Below are positions 51,087 through 64,000 of a DNA stretch of 64,000 bases, piece by piece (within the stretch, counting starts at the first letter, position 1; every line of letters starts with the position of its first letter). A program made the translations under genes and the position numbers. A model generated the notes under the pieces. The model had not been told where the DNA came from. It was given only the letters and a program-made list of their open reading frames with translations, and ran no database searches. The stretch is from assembly GCA_030390025.1 (NCBI GenBank), contig CM059432.1:92196001-92260000 (forward strand), written 5' to 3'. This DNA comes from Squalus acanthias (Eukaryota).

Positions 51087-51395
51087 TTACAACAACAACA
51101 ACTTGCATTGATATAGCGCCTTTAATGTAGTAAAACATCCCAAGGCACTTCACTCGAGCATTATTAGACAAAATTCAACACCAAGCCACCTGTAGAGTTA
51201 TTAGGACAGGTAACCAAAAGCTTGGTCAAAAAGGTGGGTTTTAAGGAGCGACTTAGAGGAGGAGAGAGAGCTAGAGAGGTGGAGAGTTATAGGGAGGGAA
51301 TTCCAGAGCTTAGGGCCTAGGCAGCTGAAGGCACGGCTGCCAATGGTGGAGTGATTAAAATCGGGGCTGCGCAGGAGGCCAGAATTGGAGGATTG
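51087..51395 (-). mobile_element. L2-type LINE 3' fragment
   Basis: ORF 51201..51404 (GSRAFSCLGPKLWNSLP…LKTHLF) and (GTT)n tail. Confidence 0.75.
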
Positions 51396-52129
51396 GACGG
51401 GCACAGATTATGCAGAAAGAACTGGGCTTGAGAAACTTTATGCTTGTGATATATTCATGTATATGTATTTCTGAAATGATGTAATCCATGTCATATGTTA
51501 CATCAATTTGTAAGGGAATCTAAAGGTAATAAGATCCAGAAGATCATGAAACCTGCACCTCACCTTGCATTACTAAGTTGGAGCGCAAACGTAACTGATA
51601 CTGGAATTGCGACTAAGCACCCATCATAGCCAAGAAACAAGAGAGAGAAGACAAAGAAGCGGATCAGGTAGAACTTTTATATCACCAAAGGTGCATTTAA
51701 AATAATGTTATATGCAACATGTATGTTTGAGACTGATTAAAAATTACACAAGGTTCCATTCACTATATTAATGTCATTTTAAGCAATAAATTGTGTAAAG
51801 TATAACCTGAAATAATGAATGGTCCTTATTTTAAAATATGGACAGATGGTAGAAATGTAAGACAGTGAACTACTGAAGTAGACAATATATTGGGCTGAAC
51901 TTTCCTTTACAAAGCCACCTGTTTTTGGCTGGTTCAGAGACGGTGGAATGAGTAAGATGGGGTGGATTGGCTTACCATCACAATCACAACCTAAAGAATA
52001 ATAACCAAAGCTTTCCGCTTAAAAACCTGCCAGTAACCATAACCGTCCACTATGAGCTGCCTCACCGCATGTAAATGGGTTTCCAACTTTTCAATACTCA
52101 CTCTACAGTGTTTATAGACTAGAAGGTCT

Positions 52130-54030
52130 GCCCATCAATGTCTCGGAAGGCTGAACTTCCCCTAGAGGCTATTGGGAAGATATGACAGCTGTTGGTTGAA
52201 GAGTTGCAGCCCACTTCAATAAGGAGCACGGCATTATCTTTGGCAGCCTAAGTGACCACTGCCCTGAATATTTTTACCACTAGACCTTTACAGGCAGCCT
52301 TGGGTCACCTTCAACATTAGTCAGGCAGCAGCGCACCACTGCATAAAGAATGTTATTAAATTTCTATTAAGTTTAGCATGCTCGTTCATTACCTTCTCAA
52401 TGGAACCAGCAAAGCAAAAAAAATGAGGAGTCCAATTCAATTTGCTGACTGGATTCCCACATGAGCAAGAAGTAATTGATGGAACACCTGTAGCATGAAA
52501 GCCCCATATAGCAACTCCCTCTATGTCATTAATAGGAAATAATTAATTCCATCAACGTCCAGCTAGTGTGTGATGCCAATCACCTTATCCTGCATGTTGA
52601 TGCTCGCTATCCTGGAAGTTGTCATACTTTTATCATGTTGCAATCCACCATTACTCCAAACCATGGTCCCAAATTTCCTGCGGCTGGAGATGATGTAAAT
52701 CACATATGGGGCCCAGAATATGGGCCTTCTGAAGGTGCCAAACCTTTATTCGAGTAAGGTAATTGATCCTGGAGGGGATTGATTATCTTATCTCATCAGG
52801 GTGGCTCGAGTGGCAAGGGTGGATTGGCTCAGACCAGGGCTGCTCCTGATGCACCTTTGCAGATGACAGTAGCCCACACCAGTTAAGCAAATGACCCTGG
52901 GCGCGATCTTGCCAGCCCTGGGGAGGCGGGTATGGAGGCGGGACTGCCGGGAAAATGGCAGAATCTGCCTCCGTGCCACCTTGCCAGGAGGCAGGTAGCC
53001 GACCCGCACCGGGTCCCGACTCCTGGAGTCGGGAAGGGGATTACAGCCACTTAACTGCCTGTTAACAGGTAGTTAACAGGCAGTTAAGAGGATTATCCCC
53101 ATTTTTCCAATAGAGGCGCGGGCTTCCCGACGTCGGGAAACCCTGCCAGGGTCACCGAGGCAAGCAGTGGGTCTGCGGGGGTCGGAGGGGTCCAAAAGTG
53201 TGCTGTGAAGGTAAGTGATGGGTGCAAGTGTGGAGAGGTAAGTATGTGAGGTAAGTGGAAAGTGATAGAAAATGCTTACTTACCTTTGGTTCTTCCTGCA
53301 GGCTTCAACAGTTGGGGATGCAGAGAGTCTCACATCTCACCGGCAGAGATGACAGATGGCTGCTGCATTCTCTGATGCAACAACCATCTAATTTCTGCAA
53401 AAGAAAGAGGTTTGATGAGTCTTGAATGCAAGGACTCATCAAACAACATAGAATGTCAGTGTTTGACAGCTTCACAGAGCTGTCAAATGATGACAATTCA
53501 CCTGTCCAAAATTTTTGACAGATGAAACATCATACGTTGACGTTCTCTGTAACCAGCTTCCCCTTAATTGGCCTGCTAAGCCCGCTGGGCGGGCTTAACA
53601 AGGTCAATCAAGGGAAAATAGCGTGGGTTGGCCACAAGTCGATGGAGGTGGGACATCGACCCGACAAGCAGCAGTCCCGCCTCCAACGCGCCCCCATTGG
53701 CAAAATCGCCCCCCAGATCTCTGGAATTTGAGATGGTGTATCTGGCCTTATGTGAGAAGAGGCAGACTTATGCCAGTGGAGTGGGGCCCCATGAATTTCC
53801 AGGCCCACACATTAGGATAGCAATTGGTGATCAGGGTTATCCGCTATAGTCAAGGCTGATGACTCCAGTACGACATCCACAGACAGAGAGGGAGAACAAA
53901 TATAAAGAGGCTCATGGACCTACAAGAAGTGTGATACAACAGATCAATTGCATTCTGAAGCTTTGCTTAGGTGCCTGACAATTCAGCCCTGCAGTACAGC
54001 CCAGCAAGAGTGTCCAGAATTATTTCAGGG
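52130..54030 (+). pseudogene. Degenerate HARBI1-like transposase (fourth copy) split by a MITE at ~52665-53806
   Basis: SINVQLVCDANHLILHVDARYPGSCH-coding DNA (52548-52630) resumes as IGDQGYPL…LMTP after 53810. Confidence 0.75.
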
Positions 54031-54889
54031 TCGTAGTGTAAATTCAGAGGCAAGCACAACCTGGCTTCACTGCACATCACCCTGGAATAAGGTCAGATTC
54101 CAACTCTGGATTTACAACAACTTCTTAATGTTAGTGCAAAGCAAAACCACATTGCACAGAAACTGCAATTGTAGCTTAAATGTGGCCACAATGTATCATC
54201 AGATTGCTATCTTGTATTAATGATCCTTATCTAATTAAAATCAAATTGTAGCAGCTTCAATGCACTTGGAAAATTACGCAATAGAAATATTCAGTGTATG
54301 CTGTTCACTTACTATTACATTATCCAGAAAGCTATTAGTCTTCTGCTTCAAAATTACCAGTTTCACAGTAGAAGCCATGTTGTAAGGTCTCTGATTAAAA
54401 GCCAGCATCCTAAAATGTGTGTAATTTGTTTTTTAAGGCATCAAGTTATTTAGCAGGATTGAGAAATTTGCTTGTGACAAGATTTAGTATAATGCAGTTG
54501 TGTTAATCTGCTTTAAATTGTTCTGTCATGTACCACATCTGAACTGCAAGGTAAAAGAGCTACTTATAAAAAGATTTAGGTTAAAAATTCCACTTTAGAA
54601 TGATCCAATAAAAGTGACGTATTTACAAGAGACACATAGTGGGGTTTGCAGTTGTTCCAAGCGTAAAAGGTTTAGCCTATGGATAAGAAGTTGGAAGCTT
54701 TACTAATGAGTGGGATAATCTGAGTATTACACACTACACACTGTGAATTCTGTTGATAATGTAGAAATCCAGGCACAAAATCAAATTCTAAATTCTAAAA
54801 CAGCTGGAGTGCCAGCTAATTGTTTCACATAATTGGCTGAAGTGAGTAATCATCTTATACTTACCAGAATCCTCTATGGCACTTACTCA

Positions 54890-56078
54890 CCAATAACCTG
54901 TTTGCCAATGCTCAGTTTGGGTTCCACCATGGACACAAGAGCTATATTCCAGAGGTGAGGTGTGAGTAACTGCCCTTGCTATATTCGACCGAGTGTGGCA
55001 CCAAGGAGCCCTAGTAAAACTGAAGTCAATGGGAAACGGGGAAAACTTTCCAGTTTCTGGAGTCATACCTAGCACAAAGGAAGATGGTTGTGGTTGTTGG
55101 AGGGCAGGATATCACTGCAGGTGTTCCTCAGAGCAGTGTTCTAGGCCCAACCATCTTCAGCTGCTTCATCAACTACCTTCCCTCTATCATAAGGTCAGAA
55201 GGGGGAAGTTCGCTGATGATTGCAGTGTTCAGCTCAATTCACAATTCCTCAGATAATGAAGCAGTCCATGCCAACATCCAGGCTTGGGCTGATAAGTGGC
55301 AGGTACCAATCGCACCACACATGTACCAGGCAATGACCATTTCCAACAAGAGAGAGCCTAACTACCTCCACTTGATGTTCAACGGCATTACTATCACCAA
55401 ATCGCCCACCATCAACATAATGGGGGTCACCATTGGCCAGAAACTTAACTGGACCAGCCACATAAATACAGTGGCTACGAGAGCAGGTCAGAGGCTGGGT
55501 ATTCTGTGATGTGTGGTTCACCTTTGATTCCCCAAAGCCTCTCCACTACCCACAAGACACAAGCCAGGAGTGTGATGGCTTTTCTCCACTTGCCTGAATT
55601 GGTACAGCTCCAACAACACTCAAGAAGCTCAATACCATCCAGGACAAAGCAACTTGCTTGATCAGTAGCCCATCCACCAGGTTAAACATCCACTCCCTCC
55701 ACCACTGGCGCACCATGGTTGCAGTGTGTACTATCTACAGGAAGCACTGAAGTAAGTCACCAAGGCTTCTTTGGCAGCACCTCCAAAACCCACAACCTCT
55801 ACCACCTAGAAGGACAAGGGCAGCAGATGCATGGGAACACCATCACCTCCAAATTTCCCTCCAGGTCACACACCATCCCAACTTGGAAATATATCGCCGT
55901 TCCTTCATCATCACTGGATCAAAATCCTGGAACTCCCTCCCTAACAGCAATGTGGGAGTACATTCATCACACGGACTGCAGAAGTTCAAGAAGAAAACCC
56001 ACCACCACTTTATCCAGGGTAACTAGGGATGGGCATTAAATTGCCAGTGATGCCCATATCCCAAGAATGAATTTAAAA
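54890..56078 (+). mobile_element. 3' part of a second LINE family (RT and 3' UTR), degenerate
   Basis: ORF 55084..55509 (GVPQSSVLGP…WADKWQV) and a 3' end GGGATGGGCA…CCCATATCCCAAGAATGAA shared with 56638. Confidence 0.8.
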
Positions 56079-56637
56079 AGCTGACTTTCATATCCTGGTA
56101 ATCATATTTTCTACGCTGACAATTGTGATGTCTCACTTTCATCCAATTAAATCAGAACTTGTTATTGTTCTTGCATTGGCTGCTATAATGGGGCCAACAT
56201 GTTTAAATTCTTCATCAAGGCACTACCGCTGGGTGTGACGGTAATACTGCCACTCCCCGTCAGTCTGTTTCTAATGAAACTGGTAGTGCTGATCCTCAGA
56301 GTTTGTATCCAGGCTGTTTTATTAATAAGTTGTTCTTTAACAAAATCACAGTCATTGACTTTAAGTGTCAGGGCACATACATTATGCAAAGAAAATAAAT
56401 TATTACAGTTGATAATTAATATATGGAAAGACTGAAGGAACTAAAAATAATGGACAATATTTTCCTATTTTGGAGAAAAGATCATTTTGAACTTTATAAC
56501 TTCTGAAATAACTTATATTTTTCGTAATCTAATTGTGCAGTTATGTAAAATGGTTACATCAGAAAGTAGAAACAACAAAATTATTCCCACAAGTCTGTGC
56601 ATGTAATAAGAGTTCCAAGAGCAGCCGATGTCGCATG

Positions 56638-59600
56638 GTTTTTTTATTCGTTTATGGGATGTGGGCGTCGCCGGCAAGGCCAGCATTTATTGCCCATCCC
56701 TAATTGCCCTTGAGAAGGTGGTGGTGAGAAGTGCCGCTTGATAGCACTGTCAATGATACCTTCCATCACTTTGCTGATGATTGAGAGTAGACTGATGGGG
56801 CAGTAATTGGCCGGATTGGATTTGTCCTGCTTTTTGTGGACAGGACATACCTGGGCAGTTTTCCACATTGTCGGATAGATGCCAGTGTTGTAGCTGTACT
56901 GGAACAGCTTGGCTAGAGGCGCGGCTGGTTCTGGAGCACAAGTCTTCAGCACGATAGCCGGGATGTTGTCAGGGGCCCATAGCCTTTGCTGTATCCAGTG
57001 CGCTCAGCCGTTTCATGATATCACATGGACTGAATCGAATTGGCTGAAGACTGGCTTCTGTGATGGTGGGGACCTCAGGAGGAGACCGATATGGATCATC
57101 TACTCGGCACTTCTGGCTGAAGATGGTTGCAAACGCTTCAGCATTGTCATTTGCACTCACGTGCTGGGCTCCACCATCATTGAGGATGGGGATATTCATG
57201 GAGCCTCCTCCTCCCGTTAGTTGTTTAATGGTCCACCACCATTCACGACTGGATGTGGCAGGACTGCAGAGCTTTGATCTGATCCGTTGATTGTGGGATC
57301 GCTTAGCCCTGTCTATAGCATGCTGCTTCCACTTTTAGCATGCATGTAGTCCTGTGTTGCCGCTTCCCCAGGTTGGCACCTCATTTTTAGGTATGCCTGG
57401 TGCTGCTCCTGGCATGCTCTTCTACACTCCTTATTGAACCAGGGTTGGTCCCCTGGCTTGGTGGTAATGGTAGAGTGAGGGATATGTGAGGACATGAGGT
57501 TACAGATTGTGGTGGAATACAATTCTGCTGCTGCTGATGACCCACAGCGCCTCATGGATGCCTAGTTTTGAGCTGCTAGATCTGTTCTGAATCTATCCCA
57601 TTTAGCATAGTGGTAGTGCCACACAACACAATGGAGGGTGTCCTCAGTGTGAAGACGGGACTTCGTCTCCACAATGACTGTGCGGTGGTCACTGTCATGG
57701 ACAGATGCATCTGCGACAGGTAGATTGGTGAGGATGAGGTCAAGTAGGTTTTCCTCTCGTGTTGGTTCTCTCACCACCTGTCGCAGGCCCAGACTGGCAG
57801 CTATATCCTTCAGGACTCGGCCAGTTAGGTCAGTGGTGGTGCTACCGAGCCACTCTTGGTGATGGACATTGAAGTCCTCCACCCAGAGTCCATTCTGTGC
57901 CCTTGCTACTCTCAGTGCTTCTTCAAAGTGCTGTTCAACATGGAGGAGTACTGATTCATCAGCTAAGGGAGGGCGGTAGGTGGCAATCAGCAGGAGGTTT
58001 ACTTCCCCATGCTTGACCTGAAGCCATGAGACTTCATGGGGTCCGGAGTCAATGTGCCGCCACCCCTGGTGGGTCTGTCCTGCTGGTGGGACAGGACATA
58101 CCCAGGGATGGTGATGGAGGAGTTCGGGACATTGGCTGAAAGGTATGATTCTGTGAGTATGACTATGTCAGGCTTTTAGAAACATAGAAAAATAGGAGCA
58201 GGAGTAGGCCATTCAGCCCATCGAGCCTGCTCCGCCATTCAATATGATCATGGCTGATCCTCTATCTCAATACCATATTCCCGCTCTCTCCCCATACCCC
58301 TTGATGCCTTTTCTGTCTAGAAATCTATCTATCTCCTTCTTAAATATATTCAGTGACTTGGCTTCCACAGTAGCCTTGGCCTCTGTGGTAGAGAATTCTA
58401 CAGGTTCACCACCCTCTGAGTGAAGAAATTTCTCCTCATCTCAGTCCTAAATGCCCTACCCCGTATCCTGAGACTGTGACCCCTCGTTCTAGAACCCCCA
58501 GCCAGGGGAAACATCTTCCCTGCATCCAGTCTGTCGAACCCTGTCAGAATTTTATACGTTTCAATGAGATCCCCTCTCATTCTTCTAAACTCTAGTGAAT
58601 ACAGGCCTAGTCGACCCAATCTCTCCTCATATGACAGTCCTGCCATTCCAGGAATCAGTCTGGTGAACCTTCGCTGCACTCCCTCTGTGCCAAGTATATC
58701 CTTTCTTAGGTAAGGAGACCAAAACTGCACACAGTACTCTAAGGTGTGGTCTCACCAAGACCCTGTATAACTGTAGTAAGACATCCCTGCTCCTGTACTC
58801 AAATCCTCTTGCAATGAAGGCCAACATACCATTTGCCTTCCTAACTGCTTGCTGCACCTGCATGTTTGCTTTCAGTGACTGGTGTACAAGGACACCCAGG
58901 TCCCTTTGTACATCAGCATTTCCCAATCTATCACTATTTAAATAATACTCTGCCTTTCTGTTTTTCCTACCGAAGTGGATAACTTCACATTTATCCACGT
59001 TATACTGCATCTGCCATGTATTTGCCGACTCACTCAACTTGTCTAAATCACCTTGAAGCCTCTTTGCATCCTCCTCACAACTCACAATCCCACCTAGTTT
59101 TGTGTCGTCAGCAAATTTGGAAATATTACATTTGGTTCCCTCATCCAAATCATTGATATATATTGTGAATAGCTAGGGCCCAAGCACTGATCCCTGTGGT
59201 GCCGCACTAGTCACCGCCTGCCACCCCGAAAAATACCCATTTATTCCTACTCTCTGTTTCCTGTCTGTTAACCAATTTTCAATCCATGCCAGTATATTAC
59301 CCCCAATCCCATGTGCTTTAATTTTGCACACTAACCTCTTATGTGGGACTTTATCAAAGGCCTTCTGAAAATCCAAATACACCACATCCACTGGTTCTCC
59401 CTTATCTATTCTACCAGTTACATCCTCAAAAAACTCCAGTCGGTTTGTCAAACATGATTTCCCTTTCATAAATCCATGTTGATGAAATGATGGTAGCATA
59501 GTGGTAATGTTACTGGGCTAGTAATCCAGAGGCTCTGTCCCTTCCTGACACAATCTGGTTATCCTTACCCCAATCACTTTCCTGCACTGCTTCCTTGTCT

Positions 59601-61590
59601 TTTCTCTTTAGCATTCTACATTTCGCTCTACCGGGACCCTCTCCGCCCCCCCCCCCCCCCGCCCTTATTTAGTTTAAAGCCCTATCTACCTCCCTAGTTA
59701 TTCGATTCGCTATAACTCTGGTCCCAGCATGGTTCAGGTGCAGTCCGTCCCAACGGAACAGCTCTCTCTTTCCCCAGTACTGGTGCCAGTGGCCCACGAA
59801 TCGAAACCCACTTCTCTCACACCAATCTTTGAGCCACACATTCATCTCCCTGATCCTATTGACCCTACGCCAATTTGCTCGTGGCTCCGGTGATAATCCA
59901 GAGATTTTGACCTTTGTGGTTCTGCTTTTTAATTTAGTCCCTAGCTGCTCAAACTCTCTCAGCAGAACCTCTTTCTTTGTCCTACCTATGTCGTTGGTAC
60001 CTACGTGGACCACGACAACTGGATCCTCCCCCTCCCACTCCAAGTTCTTCTCCAGCCGGAGGAGATGTCCTTTACCCTGGCACCGGGTAGGCAACATAGC
60101 CTTTGGGACTCATGTTACTGGCTGCAGAGAACAGTGTCTCTCCCCCTAACTATACTGTCGCCTACTACAACCACCTTCCTTTTTACTCTCCCCATTTGAA
60201 CGGCTTCCTGTACCACGGTGCCGTGGTCAGTTTGCTCGTCCTCCCCGCAGTCCCCGCACTTGTCCACAAGGGTTGCAAGAACCTCGAATCTATTGGACAA
60301 GTACAGGGACTGTGGCTCCTGCAATACTACTTCCTGGATCCCCGTACCTGCCTCACTCGCAGTCACACCCTCCTGTCCCTGACCATGTGTCAATTCTAAA
60401 GTATTTAATCTAAGGGGTGTGGCTGCCTCCTGGAGCAAAAGGTCCAGGTAACTTTCTCCCTCCCTGATGTCTCGCAATGTCTGCAGCTCGGACTCCAGCT
60501 CCTCAACTCGGAGCCAAAGTTCCTCGAGCCGCAGAATTAGTCGCCCTGGACAAAAATGTCCACAAGCTCCCACATATTGCAGCAGCAACACATCTCCTGT
60601 TCTCCCATTATTTTATTTATTTTATTAATTAGTTTAATGTTAATCAAATTATTTACCTCGTTTAGTTTATTAAATTAATTAAATGAAGTTTAGTTTTTTA
60701 AATTTTGTTATATGCTATATGTTAACTTAAAACTTATCCCACAGTCACTACCAATCACTTACCTGCCTTACCTGTGACGTCACACTGCAGTTTTCTCTTG
60801 TTGTTGCAGGTCTGCTGCTGCTTTTATCCCCGCTCTCGGGCCTCGGTCTGCTCCCACTCAGGTCCACCGCTGCTCTGCGGGAGAAGTTAGGAAAAGCAAG
60901 AAAAGCAGCACCTCCTTCTCCCACTTCACCGAACTCCCACACTTACCAGTAGGAGAGCTTGCTTGTTTGTCTCTGCTTAAGCCTGAAACTTAAAAAATTA
61001 AAGTTTAAAATTTAACTTAAACAGTTTATCTTACTTAAGAGCTACTAGCAATTAACACTAGATTTTAAAAGAGATTAACCCTTAAAACTCCCACACTTAC
61101 CAAACTCCAAGTTGTTCACTCTGTGCCCGCTGCACTCAGTCTTTTTGCTTGACTAATCTGTGGGACAGCTTTCCCAATTTTGGCACAAGTCCCCAGATGA
61201 GGAGAACTTTGCAGGGTCGACTGGGCTGGGTGTGCCGCTGTCGTGTCCATAGCCGGTGCCGAGGTCGAGGACGGGTGGCCCATCCGGTTTTATTCTTGTG
61301 TTTCGTAGCGGTTTGTTACAACTGAGTGGCTTGCTAGGCCATTTCAGAGGGCAATTAAGAGTCAACTGCATTGCTGTGCGTCTGGAGTCACATATAGGCC
61401 AGACCAGGTAAGGACGGCAGATTTCCTTCCCTAAAAGACATGTTTTTACGACAATTTGATAGTTTCATGGTTACCATTACTGATACTAGTTTTTTATTCC
61501 AGATTTGGTGGGATTTGAACTCACGTCTCTGGATCATCAGTCCAGGCCTCTGGATTACTAGCCCAGTAACATTACCACTATGCTACCATC
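56638..61590 (-). mobile_element. Second-family LINE with tRNA/SINE-like 5' head, endonuclease, partial RT and 3' tail; internally deleted and split by a CR1
   Basis: APE N-terminus IWGLVPKLGKLSHRLVKQ (61200-61147) continues as PDIVILTESYL (58172 downward). ORFs 57562..57882 (DFNVHH, LDL, SDH) and 56644..56952 (NYCPISLLS). Poly-A tail. Confidence 0.8.
58178..61140 (-). mobile_element. CR1 LINE with both ends and ~1.7 kb of ORF2 deleted
   Basis: ORF1 60115..60591 and 59669..60097 (HVGTND, DGLHLN). RT in 59173..59499, 58627..59148 (FADD) and 58398..58730. CTTTT on both flanks (58173-58177, 61141-61145). Confidence 0.9.
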
Positions 61591-61760
61591 ATTTCATCAA
61601 CAAAGGTTTGGACTTGACTATAAGAACCAATGTCATTACCAACCAAATAGTCCAAACCAGGTTCAGGAAACCTTGTGAAAGTGTAGCTTTCAGGCTGATC
61701 CTCAAGACGGCTATTGAATTAATGGTAGTCACCACTATGGAAGCCACTGCTGTCCTTAGT

Positions 61761-62080
61761 ACAACAACAACAACAACTTGCATTTATATAGCGCCTTTAA
61801 TGTAGTAAAACATCCCAAGGCGCTTCATAGGAGCATTATAAAACAAAATTTGACATCGAGCCCCATAAGGAGAAATTAGGGCTGATGACCAAAAGCTTGG
61901 TCAAAGAGGTAGGTTTTAAGGAGCGTCTTAAAGGATGAAAGAGAGGTAGAGAGGCGGAGAGGTTTAGGGAGGGATTTCCAGAGCTTAGGGTCTTGGCAGC
62001 TGAAGGCACGGCCATCAATGGTTGAGTGATTAAAATCAGAGATGCTCAAGAGGCCAGAATTAGAGGAGCGCAGAGATCTC
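61761..62080 (-). mobile_element. L2-type LINE 3' fragment
   Basis: Colinear with 51087-51395, with a (GTT)n tail. Confidence 0.75.
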
Positions 62081-63454
62081 TAGTACCTCCTCTTGATGAC
62101 TTGTTGCTGCAAAAGCCTCCCGGACCATCACTCTTTCTGCAGTGTTATGCATGTTGTGAGAACATAGGTTTTCTGCCCCTTCCCACAGTGCATCTGAGGG
62201 ATTGCAGGCTGGATTTAGGCAGCCTTCATGTCTCTCTACATTTAAGCTAGCTGAGCCTGCCAGTTACAGCAGGGTTACCGCCACAAGAGAAAGGCCTGCC
62301 CCACCTCATTCTAGCAGCACAATGCCACACCCAGCCCAGAATACTCAATTAAACAATGGGTTTAAATTTCAATGGAAACACAAGGCCTCGAAATATTATA
62401 GGTCAGTTGTCAACTTCCAGTTTCTGCCAAAATTACAACATTACAAAGATGACTAGTTTAAGGAAGATCGCACAGGGACTAACGGTTTCATAATTCATGG
62501 AGTCATTGTGCCAGACTGTAAAGACCTTCATTTATACGGAGAAGCAGAATCTTGTCTGTACAGTGACCCATGGGGATCACAGAGTCTGCCTTCAGGAACA
62601 CAATTACAGGTTTTTTTTGCTGAAACCGATGTTGAAGTCAGAGTTCATGTTTGTTTTATTTACTTTGTTATTGTGGTCACATTTGTGATTGGCAAATGTC
62701 TTTGCTACAAATGGAAAACTATGATGAAGGAAATAGAGGTAACCATGGCAACAGTGAGCAGCAGCACAGACAAAGTCCACATTAGATTTTTAAGATACCA
62801 GTAACCTTAAAGCATGAGATAAGCACTTGACACCACCCTGCAGTCTGTGGCCTTTACTTTAAATTATGCTGGATGTTGCTTGAATTCTTCCTTTGTTCAA
62901 GAACCAGCACAGGGGAGCTGTGTTGTGATAAAAATCTATAGTTTATTTTTAAAATCTAACGTTGATTAATATATTAGAATTAAACAGAAACCTGAACATT
63001 CTCAGTTTAATCATTTTGGAGAAGCAGAACAAACACATATATCTTGTTCAGACAGTCTTTACCTGCTTCGGTGCAGTTTCCTTTCTCGATGCAGACAGCC
63101 TGGCTGAAGGTGTTACCGATTTCGAGATATTGGAATTCCAAATAATCAGCAACATCCAAATATTTTATTATTAAACAGCAAAGGCAGGAGCTTCTGGTTC
63201 AGCTTGGCTAGGAAAAGAATATTTGCTACATATCTTATGACGATCTCATGTAAACAAAGTGTTAGCTTTTTGAAACTGATTAGTGGTCTACAGTAAGATG
63301 TAATGTATATTTGTCTCATGTCTCGTGTTCATAATAAGTCAGCACCAGTGTCCTTTCAACCTTCATAAAGTAGTCTGTTGCAGGCCATTGTATATTGATG
63401 GCCTGCAAGAGATGGGGGACTGCTGGATAACTGCAAGAGCCCCTGTTTCTGTTA

Positions 63455-64000
63455 GTATCTGTATTAGTACTGGATTAGTGCTGTTTCTATATTAGTGCTG
63501 GATTAGTGCTGTTTCTGTATTTGTGCTGGATTAGTGCTGTTTCTGTATTTGTGTTGGATTAGTGCTGTTTCTGTATTTGTGCTGGATTAGTGCTGTTTCT
63601 GTATTCGTGCTGGATTAATGCTGTTTCTGTATTCGTGCTGGATTAGTGCTGTTTCTGTATTTGTGCTGGATTAGTGCTGTTTCTGTATTTGTGCTGGATT
63701 AGTGCTGTTTCTGTATTCGTGCTGGATTAATGCTGTTTCTGTATTCGTGCTGGATTAGTGCTGTTTCTGTATTCGTGCTGGATTAATGCTGTTTCTGTAT
63801 TCGTGCTGGATTAGTGCTGTTTCTGTATTCGTGCTGGATTAATGCTGTTTCTGTATTTGTGCTGGATTAATGCTGTTTCTGTATTTGCGCTGGATTAATG
63901 CTGTTTCTGTATTCGTGCTGGATTAGTGCTGTTTCTGTATTCATGCTGGATTAATGCTGTTTCTGTATTCATGCTGGATTAATGCTGTTTCTGTATTTGT
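63455..64000. repeat. 28-bp minisatellite (~19 copies), runs off the right edge
   Basis: Unit (G/A)TGCTGTTTCTGTATT(T/C)GTGCTGGATTA is directly visible. Confidence 0.97.

Noticed and set aside
63050..63210. Possible minus-strand exon with good splice-like ends
   Set aside because: All three frames contain a stop between acceptor and donor, and no homology was recognised.
63455..64000. Telomeric repeat
   Set aside because: The unit is 28 bp and contains GGATTAG, not tandem TTAGGG.

Overview
Eukaryotic, repeat-dense DNA, intronic or intergenic. The SINE and LINE content points to a cartilaginous fish such as a shark (inference). I recognise no host protein-coding gene, rRNA, true tRNA gene or CRISPR array. 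The window is a nest of mobile elements. It holds several CR1 LINEs (SGNH-esterase ORF1, endonuclease/RT ORF2), a second LINE family with a tRNA-like 5' head, L2 tails, Deu-domain-type tRNA-SINEs and Penelope-type inverted-repeat insertions carrying minimal hammerhead ribozyme motifs. It also holds an ERV LTR+PBS(Ser) fragment, a 1.67-kb solo LTR, three tandem arrays and many PIF/Harbinger-type elements. The main feature is a 4.26-kb two-gene Harbinger transposon (16710-20965). It encodes an intact 3-exon Myb/SANT gene (459 aa) and a HARBI1-like DDE transposase broken by a single missing G in a homopolymer, and it appears to make a non-canonical 2-bp target duplication. Three other rearrangements stand out: a CR1 RT ORF fused in frame to a probable Harbinger transposase start codon, an ERV fragment embedded in a Harbinger deletion derivative, and a 57-bp inverted templated insertion patching a LINE deletion. 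Boundaries of degenerate repeats are approximate and family names were assigned by eye, without database searches.
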